NCBI GenBank assembly: GCA_965237905.1
Contig: OZ250172.1
Span: 192,001 to 256,000, forward strand
From: Nitrospinaceae bacterium
GTDB lineage: Bacteria; Nitrospinota; Nitrospinia; Nitrospinales; Nitrospinaceae
Direction of reading: 5' to 3'
DNA: 64,000 nucleotides
Positions 10,149 to 21,622 of this stretch are shown one piece after another; within the stretch, counting starts at the first letter, position 1, and the number at the start of each line of letters is the position of its first letter. The notes under the pieces were generated by a model. The model was not told the origin of the DNA, did no database searches, and saw only the letters and a list, made by a program, of their open reading frames with translations. The translations under genes and the position numbers were made by a program.

Positions 10149-11027
10149 TCAGGACCGTGGATGACACTTGTCAAAAACCTCTCTCATCCTCTCTTGTACC
10201 ACATGCGTATAGATTTGGGTGGTGGAAATGTCCGAGTGCCCCAACATTTGCTGAACCGAGCGTAAATCGGCTCCCCTCTCCAAGAGGTGGGTCGCAAAAG
10301 CGTGCCGCAACGTGTGTGGAGAGGCGGGCACTGAAATATTAGCCTTCAAGGCATATTGTTTCAAGATTTTCCAGAAAGCCTGTCGGGTCATGGGCATTTT
10401 TCGCCGGGAAATGAAAAGCCCAGGGAGGTTTTTATTTTTGACCAGCCGGGGGCGGCTTTGTTCCAGATAAACCTTTAGATACGATTGAGCCACCTCTCCC
10501 AGTGGGATCACCCGCTCTTTCCCGCCCTTTCCGTAGGAACGAATAAACCCGACCTCTAAATTCAGGTCGTTCAACTCCAATGATATCAACTCACTGACCC
10601 GCACCCCGGTGGCATAGAGAACCTCCAGCATGGCCTTGTCCCTGAGCCCCAGTGGGGTCTCTGTATTAGGCTGATTTAAAAGAGATTCCACCTCATTCAA
10701 GGAAAGAGTATGAGGTAATTTGCGCCAGATTTTAGGGGTCTCCAGGGTCTCCACCGGGTTCTCACTGATCAGGCTTTCTCCCACCAGGTATTTGAAAAAC
10801 GATTTCAAGGAAGACAGGGAACGGGCGATGGACCGGGATGAGAGCCCTTGGTTGTGCAGACTCAATAAAAACTCTCGAATATCCGATGGGGTGATGGACT
10901 TTAACGATGTCTTGGGCTGGAAGGAAACAAACCGGGAAATATCCCGCCGGTACCCATCAACCGTATTGGGTGAGTGCCGTTTCTCGACAAACAAATGCTC
11001 GGTAAATTCCCGGACCAGCTCTTCCAT
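10149..11027 (-). CDS. xerD: Site-specific tyrosine recombinase XerD
   Basis: RDKAMLEVLYATGVRVSEL, GKGGKERVIP, SPHTLRHAFATHLLERGADLRSVQQMLGHSDISTTQIYTHV. Confidence 0.93.
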   Translation of the reverse strand: MEELVREFTEHLFVEKRHSPNTVDGYRRDISRFVSFQPKTSLKSITPSDIREFLLSLHNQGLSSRSIARSLSSLKSFFKYLVGESLISENPVETLETPKIWRKLPHTLSLNEVESLLNQPNTETPLGLRDKAMLEVLYATGVRVSELISLELNDLNLEVGFIRSYGKGGKERVIPLGEVAQSYLKVYLEQSRPRLVKNKNLPGLFISRRKMPMTRQAFWKILKQYALKANISVPASPHTLRHAFATHLLERGADLRSVQQMLGHSDISTTQIYTHVVQERMREVFDKCHPRS

Positions 11028-11202
11028 TTCAAAACCCTATAAAGGTTTATTTATCAATAATTTATGATAAAACTCCTGAATAATCAATGAAATTATCGGC
11101 ACCCAGGAAAATTTGCTGAAAATAATTAAATCAGTTAGAATTACCCAGCTTATCAGCTGAACCATTCATCTTCTCGATCCACCACCCACAAGAAAGACCG
11201 AT

Positions 11203-12195
11203 ATGGAACGAATCACGCTTATTCAACACCTGCGGCGACGCCAGAATATGGCCGAGGGAGCGACCGGGGAATTTACCAGCCTGATGATGGAAATTCTGGT
11301 AGCGGCCAAATTCGTCTCGCTGCAAGTGAATAACGCGGGTTTGGGGGAAGATATCCTGGGGCTGACGGGCCGGGTCAATATTCAGGGCGAAGAAGTCCAA
11401 AAGCTGGATGAATACGCCAATGAAATTTTCACCAAGTTGCTGGGAAATTCCGGTCTCATTTGCGCCATTACCTCGGAGGAATACGACAAGCCGGTAATCA
11501 TTCCTCCCGATCGAGCGGGCAAATATGTTTTCACGATGGATCCTCTGGATGGTTCTTCCAACATCGACGTCAACGTCAGCATCGGCACCATTTTTTCCAT
11601 CTACCGCAAGCAAAGCCCCGGCAAGGAAGTAACCGATGACGATTTGCTCCAAAAAGGATCACAACAAGTCGCATCCGGCTACATTGTCTACGGTTCCAGT
11701 ACCATGTTCGTTTACACTTCCGGCGAAGGCGTTCACGGATTTACCCTTGACCCGTCGCTGGGGGAGTTTTTCCTGTCGCACGGCGATGTCAAGATTCCGG
11801 AATCCGGCACCACTTACAGCATCAACGAAGGCAATATTGAAACCTGGGAAGAGTCTCAGAAAAATCTCGTTGACTACATGAAAGAAAGGGATGAGAAAAC
11901 TCAGAGACCCTACACATTACGATACATCGGTTCTCTCGTTTCGGATTTTCACCGCACGCTCCTCAAGGGTGGAATTTTCATGTACCCGGGCGACCAGAAA
12001 AATCCCCAGGGGAAATTACGCTATGCCTTCGAGGCGGCGCCTCTGGCATTTATCGTGGAACACGCCGGAGGCAAAGCAACGGATGGGCAAACCCGTATTC
12101 TGGATATCCCACCCTCGGAAATTCATCAAAGGACTCCCCTCTTCATTGGAAGCACCCGCGAGGTGGATCTGGCTACCCGATTCCTCAAAAAATAA
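11203..12195 (+). CDS. fbp: Class 1 fructose-1,6-bisphosphatase
   Basis: NIQGEEVQKLD, DPLDGSSNIDVNVSIGTIF, RYIGSLVSDFHRTLLKGG. Confidence 0.96.
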   Translation: MERITLIQHLRRRQNMAEGATGEFTSLMMEILVAAKFVSLQVNNAGLGEDILGLTGRVNIQGEEVQKLDEYANEIFTKLLGNSGLICAITSEEYDKPVIIPPDRAGKYVFTMDPLDGSSNIDVNVSIGTIFSIYRKQSPGKEVTDDDLLQKGSQQVASGYIVYGSSTMFVYTSGEGVHGFTLDPSLGEFFLSHGDVKIPESGTTYSINEGNIETWEESQKNLVDYMKERDEKTQRPYTLRYIGSLVSDFHRTLLKGGIFMYPGDQKNPQGKLRYAFEAAPLAFIVEHAGGKATDGQTRILDIPPSEIHQRTPLFIGSTREVDLATRFLKK

Positions 12196-12226
12196 TCTCC
12201 CATTCAAAATTGAATCCGACCGGTTT

Positions 12227-13498
12227 ATGAAAATCAAAAGCATCAAAGGCGTCAAAGACATCCTGCCCGGAGAAATTGAAAAATGGCAATGGGTGGAGTC
12301 CGTGGCTCACCGGATATTTTCCCGGTACGGCTTCAAGGAAATCCGGCCCCCTATTTTTGAATACACCAACCTGTTCAAAAGAAGTATCGGCGATACCACG
12401 GACATCGTCGAAAAAGAAATGTACACCTTCAAGGATAAAGGAGGCGAGGAGATCACCCTCCGGCCGGAAGGCACCGCTTCGGTCGTCCGGTCCTATATCG
12501 AACACAAAATGCACGGCCAGAATCCCTTGACCAAGCTGTATTACTTCGGCCCCATGTTCCGCTATGAGCGGCCGCAGGCGGGACGGTTCCGCCAGTTTTA
12601 CCAGATCGGAGTGGAGGCGATGGGATCAGCCAGTCCTGCAATTGATGCGGAAGTGATGACGATGCTCATTGAATTTTTCAAGGAATTGGGTTTGAACGAT
12701 CTCGAACTCCAGATCAACTCGTTAGGATGTAAAGAGTGCCGGCCGCAATACCGCGAAATTCTCAAGTCTGCCATTAAACCCCACTTGCAAGAGTTATGCA
12801 CCAACTGCAACCAACGCTACGAACGGAATCCATTAAGAGTCCTCGACTGCAAGGTGGAACGCGATGGTGAAATTGCCAAGGGCCTCCCCAAGATCAAGGA
12901 CCATCTCTGCGCTCAGTGCGAAGAGGATTTCGCGCAAGTCCAAAAATTTCTGAACGCGGTCAACACTTCTTATATCGTCAACGATCAAATTGTGCGCGGT
13001 CTCGACTATTACAACAAAACCACGTTTGAAGTAATTTCAAAAACCGGACTGGGATCGCAAAACGCCGTCTGCGGCGGCGGCCGTTACGATTCGCTGGTGG
13101 AAGATTTCGATGGCCCCCCTACCCCCTGCTTCGGCTTCGCTCTGGGTATGGAACGCCTGATCTCCATTCTGCCGGAGGAAAAACTCCAGGGTTTGGAACA
13201 GCGGCCCGATATCTATCTGGTTTGCCTGGGTGACGAGGCGCAGAAACTGGCCTTTCCCATCACGCATCAACTACGGGCTGTGGGCCTGTATGTGGAGCGT
13301 GAGATCGAAGGTGGAAGCATGAAAAGCCAGATGCGCAAAGCCAATAAATTAGCCAGCCGGTTTACACTGATCATCGGGGATGACGAAATCAAAAACAAGC
13401 AATACGTATTGAAAAATATGGATGGCGGCGAGCAGTGGGAAGTGACCGCGGACACTTTGGCGGAGGAAGTACAATCCCGGCTTAAATCATTTGAATAA
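12227..13498 (+). CDS. hisS: Histidyl-tRNA synthetase
   Basis: LRPEGTA, FRYERPQAGRFRQFYQ, VRGLDYY, GGGRYD; start trimmed to ATG 12227. Confidence 0.97.
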   Translation: MKIKSIKGVKDILPGEIEKWQWVESVAHRIFSRYGFKEIRPPIFEYTNLFKRSIGDTTDIVEKEMYTFKDKGGEEITLRPEGTASVVRSYIEHKMHGQNPLTKLYYFGPMFRYERPQAGRFRQFYQIGVEAMGSASPAIDAEVMTMLIEFFKELGLNDLELQINSLGCKECRPQYREILKSAIKPHLQELCTNCNQRYERNPLRVLDCKVERDGEIAKGLPKIKDHLCAQCEEDFAQVQKFLNAVNTSYIVNDQIVRGLDYYNKTTFEVISKTGLGSQNAVCGGGRYDSLVEDFDGPPTPCFGFALGMERLISILPEEKLQGLEQRPDIYLVCLGDEAQKLAFPITHQLRAVGLYVEREIEGGSMKSQMRKANKLASRFTLIIGDDEIKNKQYVLKNMDGGEQWEVTADTLAEEVQSRLKSFE

Positions 13499-13583
13499 AA
13501 GCTTGTTAGAGAATTGGGACCGAAAATGATGGATTGACTCCCGTGGAATCCCCGTGATAAATTTTAGTTCCAAGGGAGGTTTT

Positions 13584-14012
13584 ATGGCCGCCGATGAACA
13601 CGAAGTTCTTGAAAATTACATCACCCAGCACAACCTGAAAATTACCAAACAACGACGCGCCGTGCTGGAGGCGTTTCTAGGCAGTGAAGAACATCTCAGC
13701 GCCGAAGAGCTTTATAAAATGGTTTCGGCCAAGGAACCCAAGATCGGCTTGGCCACGGTGTACCGAACCCTCGCCCTGTTGACCGAAAGCGGACTCGCCG
13801 CCGAGCTCGATTTCGGTGACGGCCAGAAACGCTACGAACACAATTACCAGCACGCCCACCACGATCACATGATCTGCACCCAATGCGGCAAGATCATCGA
13901 ATTCCACAATTCCGTAATCGAAAAATTACAGGAAGAAGTAGCCCAGGAACACGGCTTCGAAATGACCACCCACAAACTGGACATGTTCGGCATCTGCAAA
14001 GACTGCCGCTAA
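13584..14012 (+). CDS. fur: Ferric uptake regulator family protein
   Basis: IGLATVYRTL, HHDHMICTQCGKIIEF, C-terminal CKDC; GGAGG RBS. Confidence 0.92.
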   Translation: MAADEHEVLENYITQHNLKITKQRRAVLEAFLGSEEHLSAEELYKMVSAKEPKIGLATVYRTLALLTESGLAAELDFGDGQKRYEHNYQHAHHDHMICTQCGKIIEFHNSVIEKLQEEVAQEHGFEMTTHKLDMFGICKDCR

Positions 14013-14076
14013 CCCGTCGTTCATAATATTTGTTTAACAACCAGATCAATTATGTTTTTGTGTGGAATTGTTCCGC

Positions 14077-15024
14077 CTACCCTTCAGCAGGTTTTTCTTT
14101 TTCTGTGGTGGTGGAGGATTTTTCGGCAGGCGGGGCGGTGATGGATTGGGCACAGCGGAAACCGATGAAGTTGTACAACTCGTCGACACTGCCGCCGTAG
14201 GAGGCCACTTTCGAAAATACCCGGTTCTTGGGATTCAGCCAGGTCCGGTTGGTGATCCTGAGAGCCCCGGCGGAAGAATTGAACGATCCGCCGCGAATCA
14301 CTTTGTTCTCGCCCTCTTTCGGTCCGGCGGGGTTGGTCTCCTTGTTGCCGACATAATACGGGCTGTACCAGTCTTCCGTCCATTCCCAGACGTTCCCCAT
14401 CATGTCGTGCAAGCCAAACTGGTTGAGTTTTTTCTGGCCTACCGGATGGGTGGTTTTATCCGAATTGTCCTCGTACCAGGCGTAGGCGCCATCCATGACG
14501 TTGCCCCAGAAATATCGGGTCTTGGCGTGTCCCCGGGCGGCGTATTCCCATTCCGCTTCCGTCGGCAGACGGCAGGCACCGCCGGATTTTTCGATAAACT
14601 GCTGGATGTCGTGATAGTTGACCTGCTCGACCGGATGGTCGGCTTTAACATTTTTCGAGGGATTGAACCCCATGACCTTTTCCCAACGGGCCTGGGTCAT
14701 TTCGTACCGGTCCATATAAAAATCGTCGAGGCACACTTCGTGCTCATATTTTTCATCCGCCTGGGCGCGGTCGTTGCCCATCGTGAAGCACCCGCCCTTG
14801 ATGAACACCATGCCCTCGGGAGCCTGCTTGGCTTTGAGCTTGTCCTCCTCCGACAATTCGATGGCAACCACACCCTGGGGCGAGGCCGTCTCCATATTCC
14901 CCTCGACCCCCTCTATTTCAGAGATGGAAGGCGCCTGATCCCCCTCTTTTTCGTTATTACACTGGGAACAACCCATGGGTAAGGCCAGCAGTAATAGAAT
15001 CCCGACTATCCTGAAAACGCTCAT
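14077..15024 (-). CDS. Formylglycine-generating enzyme (SUMF1/FGE-sulfatase) domain lipoprotein
   Basis: Lipobox-like PMGC; RLPTEAEWEYAARG, GLHDMMGNVWEW, RGGSF, IGFRC. Confidence 0.9.
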   Translation of the reverse strand: MSVFRIVGILLLLALPMGCSQCNNEKEGDQAPSISEIEGVEGNMETASPQGVVAIELSEEDKLKAKQAPEGMVFIKGGCFTMGNDRAQADEKYEHEVCLDDFYMDRYEMTQARWEKVMGFNPSKNVKADHPVEQVNYHDIQQFIEKSGGACRLPTEAEWEYAARGHAKTRYFWGNVMDGAYAWYEDNSDKTTHPVGQKKLNQFGLHDMMGNVWEWTEDWYSPYYVGNKETNPAGPKEGENKVIRGGSFNSSAGALRITNRTWLNPKNRVFSKVASYGGSVDELYNFIGFRCAQSITAPPAEKSSTTTEKEKPAEG

Positions 15025-15178
15025 TGGTCCTGAATTTCACCTTAAAATGGAAAAGGGGTCATAATACCCCATAAATGTTGATTTTCACTATTTCTTTCAG
15101 AACTCGGGAAAATAAAATTAAACCGATTTCCCTACCCAGATCGGCTAAAATATTTGAAAATTATGCCGATATGAAGAT

Positions 15179-17743
15179 ATGGCTCGAAAACTCCGCTACC
15201 CTTTTATTGAAATGCTGACAGTGTATCAAAAACCTGCGGGATATGGCGTCCTGATACTACTACTCCTGATAGGCGGATGGGGTTGCCAAAGTGCATCCAG
15301 CACTCCCGGCAAGCGCAAGGCAACAATCGCACAGCGCTTCGAGAAACCGGCCACTCCCGCTAAACCTGAGGTCACCGCTGAACAACCGGTCGAGAAACCG
15401 GCCACTCCCGCCGAACCTGAGGTCACAGCCGAGCAACCGGTCGAGAAACCTACCCCTGAGAAACGCAAGGCAACGATCGCACAGCGCTTCGAGAAACCGG
15501 CCGCTCCCGTCGAACCTGAAGTCACAGCAGAGCAACCGGTCAAGAAGCCGATTATCACCGTTTCTCCGGAAATCAGCACTCCCAAATCCCAATTGGATCT
15601 CGAATTCGCCATCGAACAATTCAAAGCCAATCAATTTGAGGTGGCGGAGTACTATCTCAAAAAATCATTGATGGCATCGCCTGACAATCCCAAGACCATC
15701 CGCTTCCTGCCCTGGGCTTATTTTTTTCAAAAGCGATACGACAAAGCCCTTATCTCATTCGAAAGTGCCCGCACCCATTTCCCAAAAGAAGCGGAACCGT
15801 TAATCGGAATGGGATGGTCCTATGTCGCGATGAAATTTTATGAGCGGGCCCTGGAAAAATTCAAGCAGGCCGAGGCCCTGTCACCCGATGCGTATGAAGT
15901 CCACAAAGGCCTTGGCTTTTGCAGTCTCTTCCTCGCCAGGGAGAAAACCGCGCAGTTTCATTTCAAGAAAATTTATGTGTTCGGGGAGCGGGACGATCTC
16001 GAAGACCAGTGGGAGCAATGGCATCAAGGCTTGCCCGACAAACCGGTGGAGGTGGCTCCTTCACACATTCGCACTGCATCCTTGTTCACCCTGGATATCG
16101 AAGCGCCCCGTTACCGGAGCATGCTGGCGGTGTTTCCGGATTCTCAACCGGAACATTACCCGGCACTGGAAGAAGCCTGGCGCCTTTACCGCAAAAAACT
16201 TTTCAAAAGAGCCTGGACCGCTTTTCAAAGTCTGCCCCAGAAAATCGCTGACACTCTGGACGCCCGCAACGGGTTGGCCTGGAGTCTCCTAAAAACCGGG
16301 AACCTGATCGAAGCGGAAAAAACATTTAATGAGACCTGGAAACAACGCGGCCGGTTCATCGGAACCCGGGTGGGAATTCTCGAAGTTAAGAAAAGTCTCC
16401 GGGCCAAGGCCTCGGTGGCCAACCATTATTTTGATATCCACAAATACCGCATCGCTGAGAAAAAGTTTGCACAACTGAATCAGAGTTATCCGGACTGGTC
16501 CTATCCCTACAGTGCCTTGGGCTGGATCGCACTGAAGCGCGGCCAGGAGGATACAGCCCTGAAGCGGTTCGAAACCGCTTTGGACAAGGACCCCAGGGAT
16601 CCCACCGCGCTGGAGGGCATGCGTCATTTAAGAGGAACGCTGGTTTCCAAACTGTATCAGGCCGACCAGAAGATGAGAAAGGGAGACTATAAGAACGCCT
16701 CCTACCTGTACTTCGATTATGTTCAGGAACACCAGCCCAACCCCACCATGACGTTTGCGCTGGCCAAGGCCTACAGCGGTCTGGGATTCAGCCAGATCGG
16801 GAAAATGCAATACAAGCTGGCCATCCAGAATTTCGAAAAGATACGGGTGCGGGAGGAATATGAATCGCACTGGACCAAGGGATTAGGAATGGCGTACTAC
16901 CACCTCGGACAGTATGAAGAGGCGGCTAAAAATTTAATCGTCGCCGATGCCCTCAGACCCAACAAGAAGGAAATCATTTACAAACTCGATTGGAGCATTT
17001 TGAGAAGTTGGGACACGGATATCGCCAAGGAATATTTCCTGGCCAAAGCCCGGCGCAAACCTCTCAGAGCTTCTGTTTACATGGCGATCGGGTGGATCGA
17101 ATATCAACACGGCGATCCCGACTTGGGAGTCGAATATTTTTTGAAGGCGATCTCGCTCGATCCCGAAATCGCGGCGTCGGAGGATTTTAAAAGCATCCTG
17201 GCCAAAGAACGGTTCGGATGGCAGGTCTACAACCATATCGGCTGGGCGTATTACCATCGCAACAATTTCGAGAACTCCATCAAGATGTTCAACACCGCTC
17301 TGGCGTCCCAGTCGCGATCCTCGGAAGCCATGAAAGGTTTGGGGTACAACTTTTACAAGATGAAGCAATGGCAAGAAGCGGAGGCCCATCTCAAAAGAAG
17401 TCTCAAGCGGAATCCCAACACCCATCCGGTCACTGAAAAAAACCGCGGCAACGAACCCGGCTCAAACATCAATATCGTGACCAGCGCCCGCACCAAACTG
17501 GCTCGCACCCTGCTCCAGCAGAAAAAGTACAAGGAAGCACTGGAACATTGGCTGGAAGCCTTGAATCAACATGCGGACTGGCCGGAGGTGCACGACGGAC
17601 TGGGATGGACTTATCTGAAACTCAACCGGCTGGCGGAATCCCGGGAAGCCTTCAATCAAGCTATCCGGCATCAACCCCTCAACCCGTTAAGCCACAAAGG
17701 GCTGAATGAGGTCAAATACCGCCTAGCCTTGAAAAGTTTGTAA
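15179..17743 (+). CDS. Large TPR-repeat lipoprotein with Pro/Glu-rich repeat linker
   Basis: Hydrophobic stretch plus GWGC lipobox-like motif; many TPR units (e.g. IGMGWSY, NGLAWSL, SALGWIA, NHIGWAY, DGLGWTY). Confidence 0.85.
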   Translation: MARKLRYPFIEMLTVYQKPAGYGVLILLLLIGGWGCQSASSTPGKRKATIAQRFEKPATPAKPEVTAEQPVEKPATPAEPEVTAEQPVEKPTPEKRKATIAQRFEKPAAPVEPEVTAEQPVKKPIITVSPEISTPKSQLDLEFAIEQFKANQFEVAEYYLKKSLMASPDNPKTIRFLPWAYFFQKRYDKALISFESARTHFPKEAEPLIGMGWSYVAMKFYERALEKFKQAEALSPDAYEVHKGLGFCSLFLAREKTAQFHFKKIYVFGERDDLEDQWEQWHQGLPDKPVEVAPSHIRTASLFTLDIEAPRYRSMLAVFPDSQPEHYPALEEAWRLYRKKLFKRAWTAFQSLPQKIADTLDARNGLAWSLLKTGNLIEAEKTFNETWKQRGRFIGTRVGILEVKKSLRAKASVANHYFDIHKYRIAEKKFAQLNQSYPDWSYPYSALGWIALKRGQEDTALKRFETALDKDPRDPTALEGMRHLRGTLVSKLYQADQKMRKGDYKNASYLYFDYVQEHQPNPTMTFALAKAYSGLGFSQIGKMQYKLAIQNFEKIRVREEYESHWTKGLGMAYYHLGQYEEAAKNLIVADALRPNKKEIIYKLDWSILRSWDTDIAKEYFLAKARRKPLRASVYMAIGWIEYQHGDPDLGVEYFLKAISLDPEIAASEDFKSILAKERFGWQVYNHIGWAYYHRNNFENSIKMFNTALASQSRSSEAMKGLGYNFYKMKQWQEAEAHLKRSLKRNPNTHPVTEKNRGNEPGSNINIVTSARTKLARTLLQQKKYKEALEHWLEALNQHADWPEVHDGLGWTYLKLNRLAESREAFNQAIRHQPLNPLSHKGLNEVKYRLALKSL
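15311..15550 (+). repeat. Intragenic imperfect tandem repeats (51-bp EKPATPAxPEVTAEQPV unit x3; KRKATIAQRF unit x2)
   Basis: Repeated GAGAAACCGGCCACTCCCG...GAACAACCGGTC and CGCAAGGCAAC.ATCGCACAGCGCTTC. Confidence 0.9.
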
Positions 17744-17768
17744 TAAACTGCGGATTTTATTGGGAATC

Positions 17769-17799
17769 TGTGAATTGATTGTGAATTACCTGTGGATAA
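17769..17799 (-). promoter_or_regulatory. Three phased DnaA-box-like 9-mers
   Basis: TGTGAATTG (17769), TGTGAATTA (17780), TGTGGATAA (17791; perfect reverse complement of TTATCCACA), at an 11-bp period. Confidence 0.55.
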
Positions 17800-17844
17800 A
17801 GTTCGCGGAAACCCCCTAAGCCTCAAGAAATCAGAATAATTGCG

Positions 17845-17873
17845 TTGACAACCCGGGGCAATTGGAATACAGT
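17845..17873 (+). promoter_or_regulatory. Sigma70 promoter with no downstream ORF
   Basis: TTGACA-17 bp-TACAGT in a convergent intergenic region. Confidence 0.6.
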
Positions 17874-17879
17874 AATCGC

Positions 17880-17990
17880 TTCCAATACAAGCGTTCAATA
17901 CATTTGGGGGAGGAAGGGGGACCTTTCCTTTTTCGCCGATCAGCGAAGAATCATGGAGTGGAGGCAATCTGCTCCATGATCCCTTATATT
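17880..17990 (+). ncRNA. Candidate structured small RNA
   Basis: Follows the promoter; hairpins AGGAAGGG-GGA-CCTTTCCT, TTCGC-CGATCA-GCGAA and ATCATGGAGTGGA-GGCAA-TCTGCTCCATGAT; G-U pairs favour the + strand. Confidence 0.4.
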
Positions 17991-18020
17991 TCCTGCGCTA
18001 AGCCCTGCCTTCGTCCTTCT

Positions 18021-19988
<1,968 letters not shown>

Positions 19989-20006
19989 GAAGAAAACTCC
20001 TCTTAT

Positions 20007-20429
20007 TTATGGTGAGCGTACCACCCTCGCGGCCTCGGTCAGGGTCCATAACCCGTCAGGTTGCTCAAACTCCCCGTCCCGCAATTTCAAAACCCAGGTG
20101 CGCATGCGTCCGTCCACCTGTTTCGCGATCATCGAAAATCCGCAGCCACTGGCAAATTTATCGCTGATGTGAATGGTCTTGCCGAATTTGTCGGTCTGCA
20201 AAAAAAATTCATTATACAAAGACAGCATTTCATCTTTGGTGGGTAATCTCCAATCGTCATACCCCGCGAACTTGTTTTCCTTAAGCTCGCGTGCGTAATC
20301 CACGGATTCCTGGTAATTGACCCATTTTTTCAGATCGATCATGGTATCCGTTTTTTTCCACATCAATCCCGTTTCGCGGTCGGTTACCGTTTCGTCGCCA
20401 TTATCTACAAAGCGTTCCTGTTCGGTCAT
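20007..20429 (-). CDS. DUF1566 (Lcl C-terminal-like) domain protein
   Basis: RFVDNGDETVTDRETGLMW and FAGYDDWRLPT motifs. Confidence 0.85.
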   Translation of the reverse strand: MTEQERFVDNGDETVTDRETGLMWKKTDTMIDLKKWVNYQESVDYARELKENKFAGYDDWRLPTKDEMLSLYNEFFLQTDKFGKTIHISDKFASGCGFSMIAKQVDGRMRTWVLKLRDGEFEQPDGLWTLTEAARVVRSP

Positions 20430-20554
20430 AAAGTCATCGCCTGATTCTTGTAAAACCCCCGGGATTTTGAAACTGACGGTAGAGAATATCATTATAAAAT
20501 CGTCAATTCAAAAGTTCTTCCCATTTTCGGACATTTATGAAATAAAATTGATCC

Positions 20555-20965
20555 ATGGCTACGAACCCGACGGAACTGCCTCCATTGAAAATCCTATTGA
20601 ACCAACTGGACTGGAACCTGCAGTGGCTCCAGCAGATGGAAAAGAACGAGCCAACGGATTATTACCGGGATGCCGCGCTCCAGCGTTTTGAGTTCACTTT
20701 CAACACAGCGGTGAAATGTATCCAGGCCGGCGCCCTGAAACAGAATATAACCTGTGAGTCGCCGGAGGAGTGCTTTGCGCTGGCGGAGCGCGTGGAGTGG
20801 CTGCCGGAGGGAGCGGCGTGGAAAAACATGCTCCAAGACCACGAAAACATGAAACTGGAGTCTGCCTCTACAAGCGCCGATGCTGTTTTCGCCAACCTAA
20901 AAAATTACCGCGAACAACTTAAAACCTTGTTCGACCGGCTGTCGGAATTCGAACCAAACTCATAA
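20555..20965 (+). CDS. HI0074-family nucleotidyltransferase substrate-binding (HEPN-like) protein, degenerate
   Basis: YYRDAALQRFEFTF...SPEECF..A...W..ML.D pattern. Confidence 0.7.
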   Translation: MATNPTELPPLKILLNQLDWNLQWLQQMEKNEPTDYYRDAALQRFEFTFNTAVKCIQAGALKQNITCESPEECFALAERVEWLPEGAAWKNMLQDHENMKLESASTSADAVFANLKNYREQLKTLFDRLSEFEPNS

Positions 20966-21517
20966 TTGGCTTTTGAGGGATTCAAACGCCTGCCTGCGAT
21001 GAGACCTGGCGTTTTTTTCTTCCGGGCTCATTTCGGCGTAGGTCCGGGTTTCGCCGTCGGGGATGAAAATCACATCCCACCCGAAACCCTGACTGCCTCG
21101 AATTTCGCGGGCGATGGTTCCCGCCACCCGGCCCTCCCCGATGATCCTCGTTTTGCCGTCGTACAGTGCGGTCCAACAGACAGCCTCGGCCTGGCGGTTT
21201 TCGAACGGTTCCAGCATTTTCAGCATACCTTCGCACCCGACACTCTTTTCGAACCATTTGACCAGAGCGCCCGGCAGACCGTTCCAGGCGGTAAAGATCA
21301 ACCCCGAATCCTCCACCAGGACCGGGCACTTGAATTCACCCCAGGCTTCAGTGACTTTGTGTTCGACCAGTTGGCGGATATCGTTGGTTTGGATTTCGTG
21401 CAGGTGATCGGCCACCCCCTGTTCCATCTCGATCCCAAGGATTTCTTGAGCCTCGCGCAGTTTGTTGGGATTGCCGGTAACAAACTTCAATTGCGTCCAG
21501 ATGGGATGATGCTTCAT
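20960..21517 (-). CDS. rdgB: Non-canonical purine NTP pyrophosphatase (Ham1/RdgB)
   Basis: FVTGNPNKLRE, VEDSGL, GLPGALVKWF, GFGWDVIF, TYAEM...KNARSHR. Confidence 0.93.
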   Translation of the reverse strand: MKHHPIWTQLKFVTGNPNKLREAQEILGIEMEQGVADHLHEIQTNDIRQLVEHKVTEAWGEFKCPVLVEDSGLIFTAWNGLPGALVKWFEKSVGCEGMLKMLEPFENRQAEAVCWTALYDGKTRIIGEGRVAGTIAREIRGSQGFGWDVIFIPDGETRTYAEMSPEEKNARSHRRQAFESLKSQL

Positions 21518-21622
21518 AATACCTGGCTAGTCTCGGATGCGGTTCGCCGGCGGCCTGCTTGCCGAAACCCGGTTCGTGTGATATAAATTTGGCCTTTAAT
21601 TTCCAACGAATCCATTACCCAA

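Noticed and set aside
10149..11027. xerD as a mobile-element integrase or the array recombinase
   Set aside because: Typical chromosomal XerD sequence in housekeeping context, about 39 kb from the array.
11891..12226. N-terminal extensions of hisS (also recO 39954, mrp 60989, truA 60899, ankyrin 50768/52109)
   Set aside because: They overlap upstream genes or regulatory DNA; family homology, and where visible the RBS, point to the downstream starts.
17744..18020. oriC call
   Set aside because: Only one perfect DnaA box, no obvious extended AT-rich unwinding element and no dnaA/dnaN/gidA nearby; kept only as a DnaA-box array.
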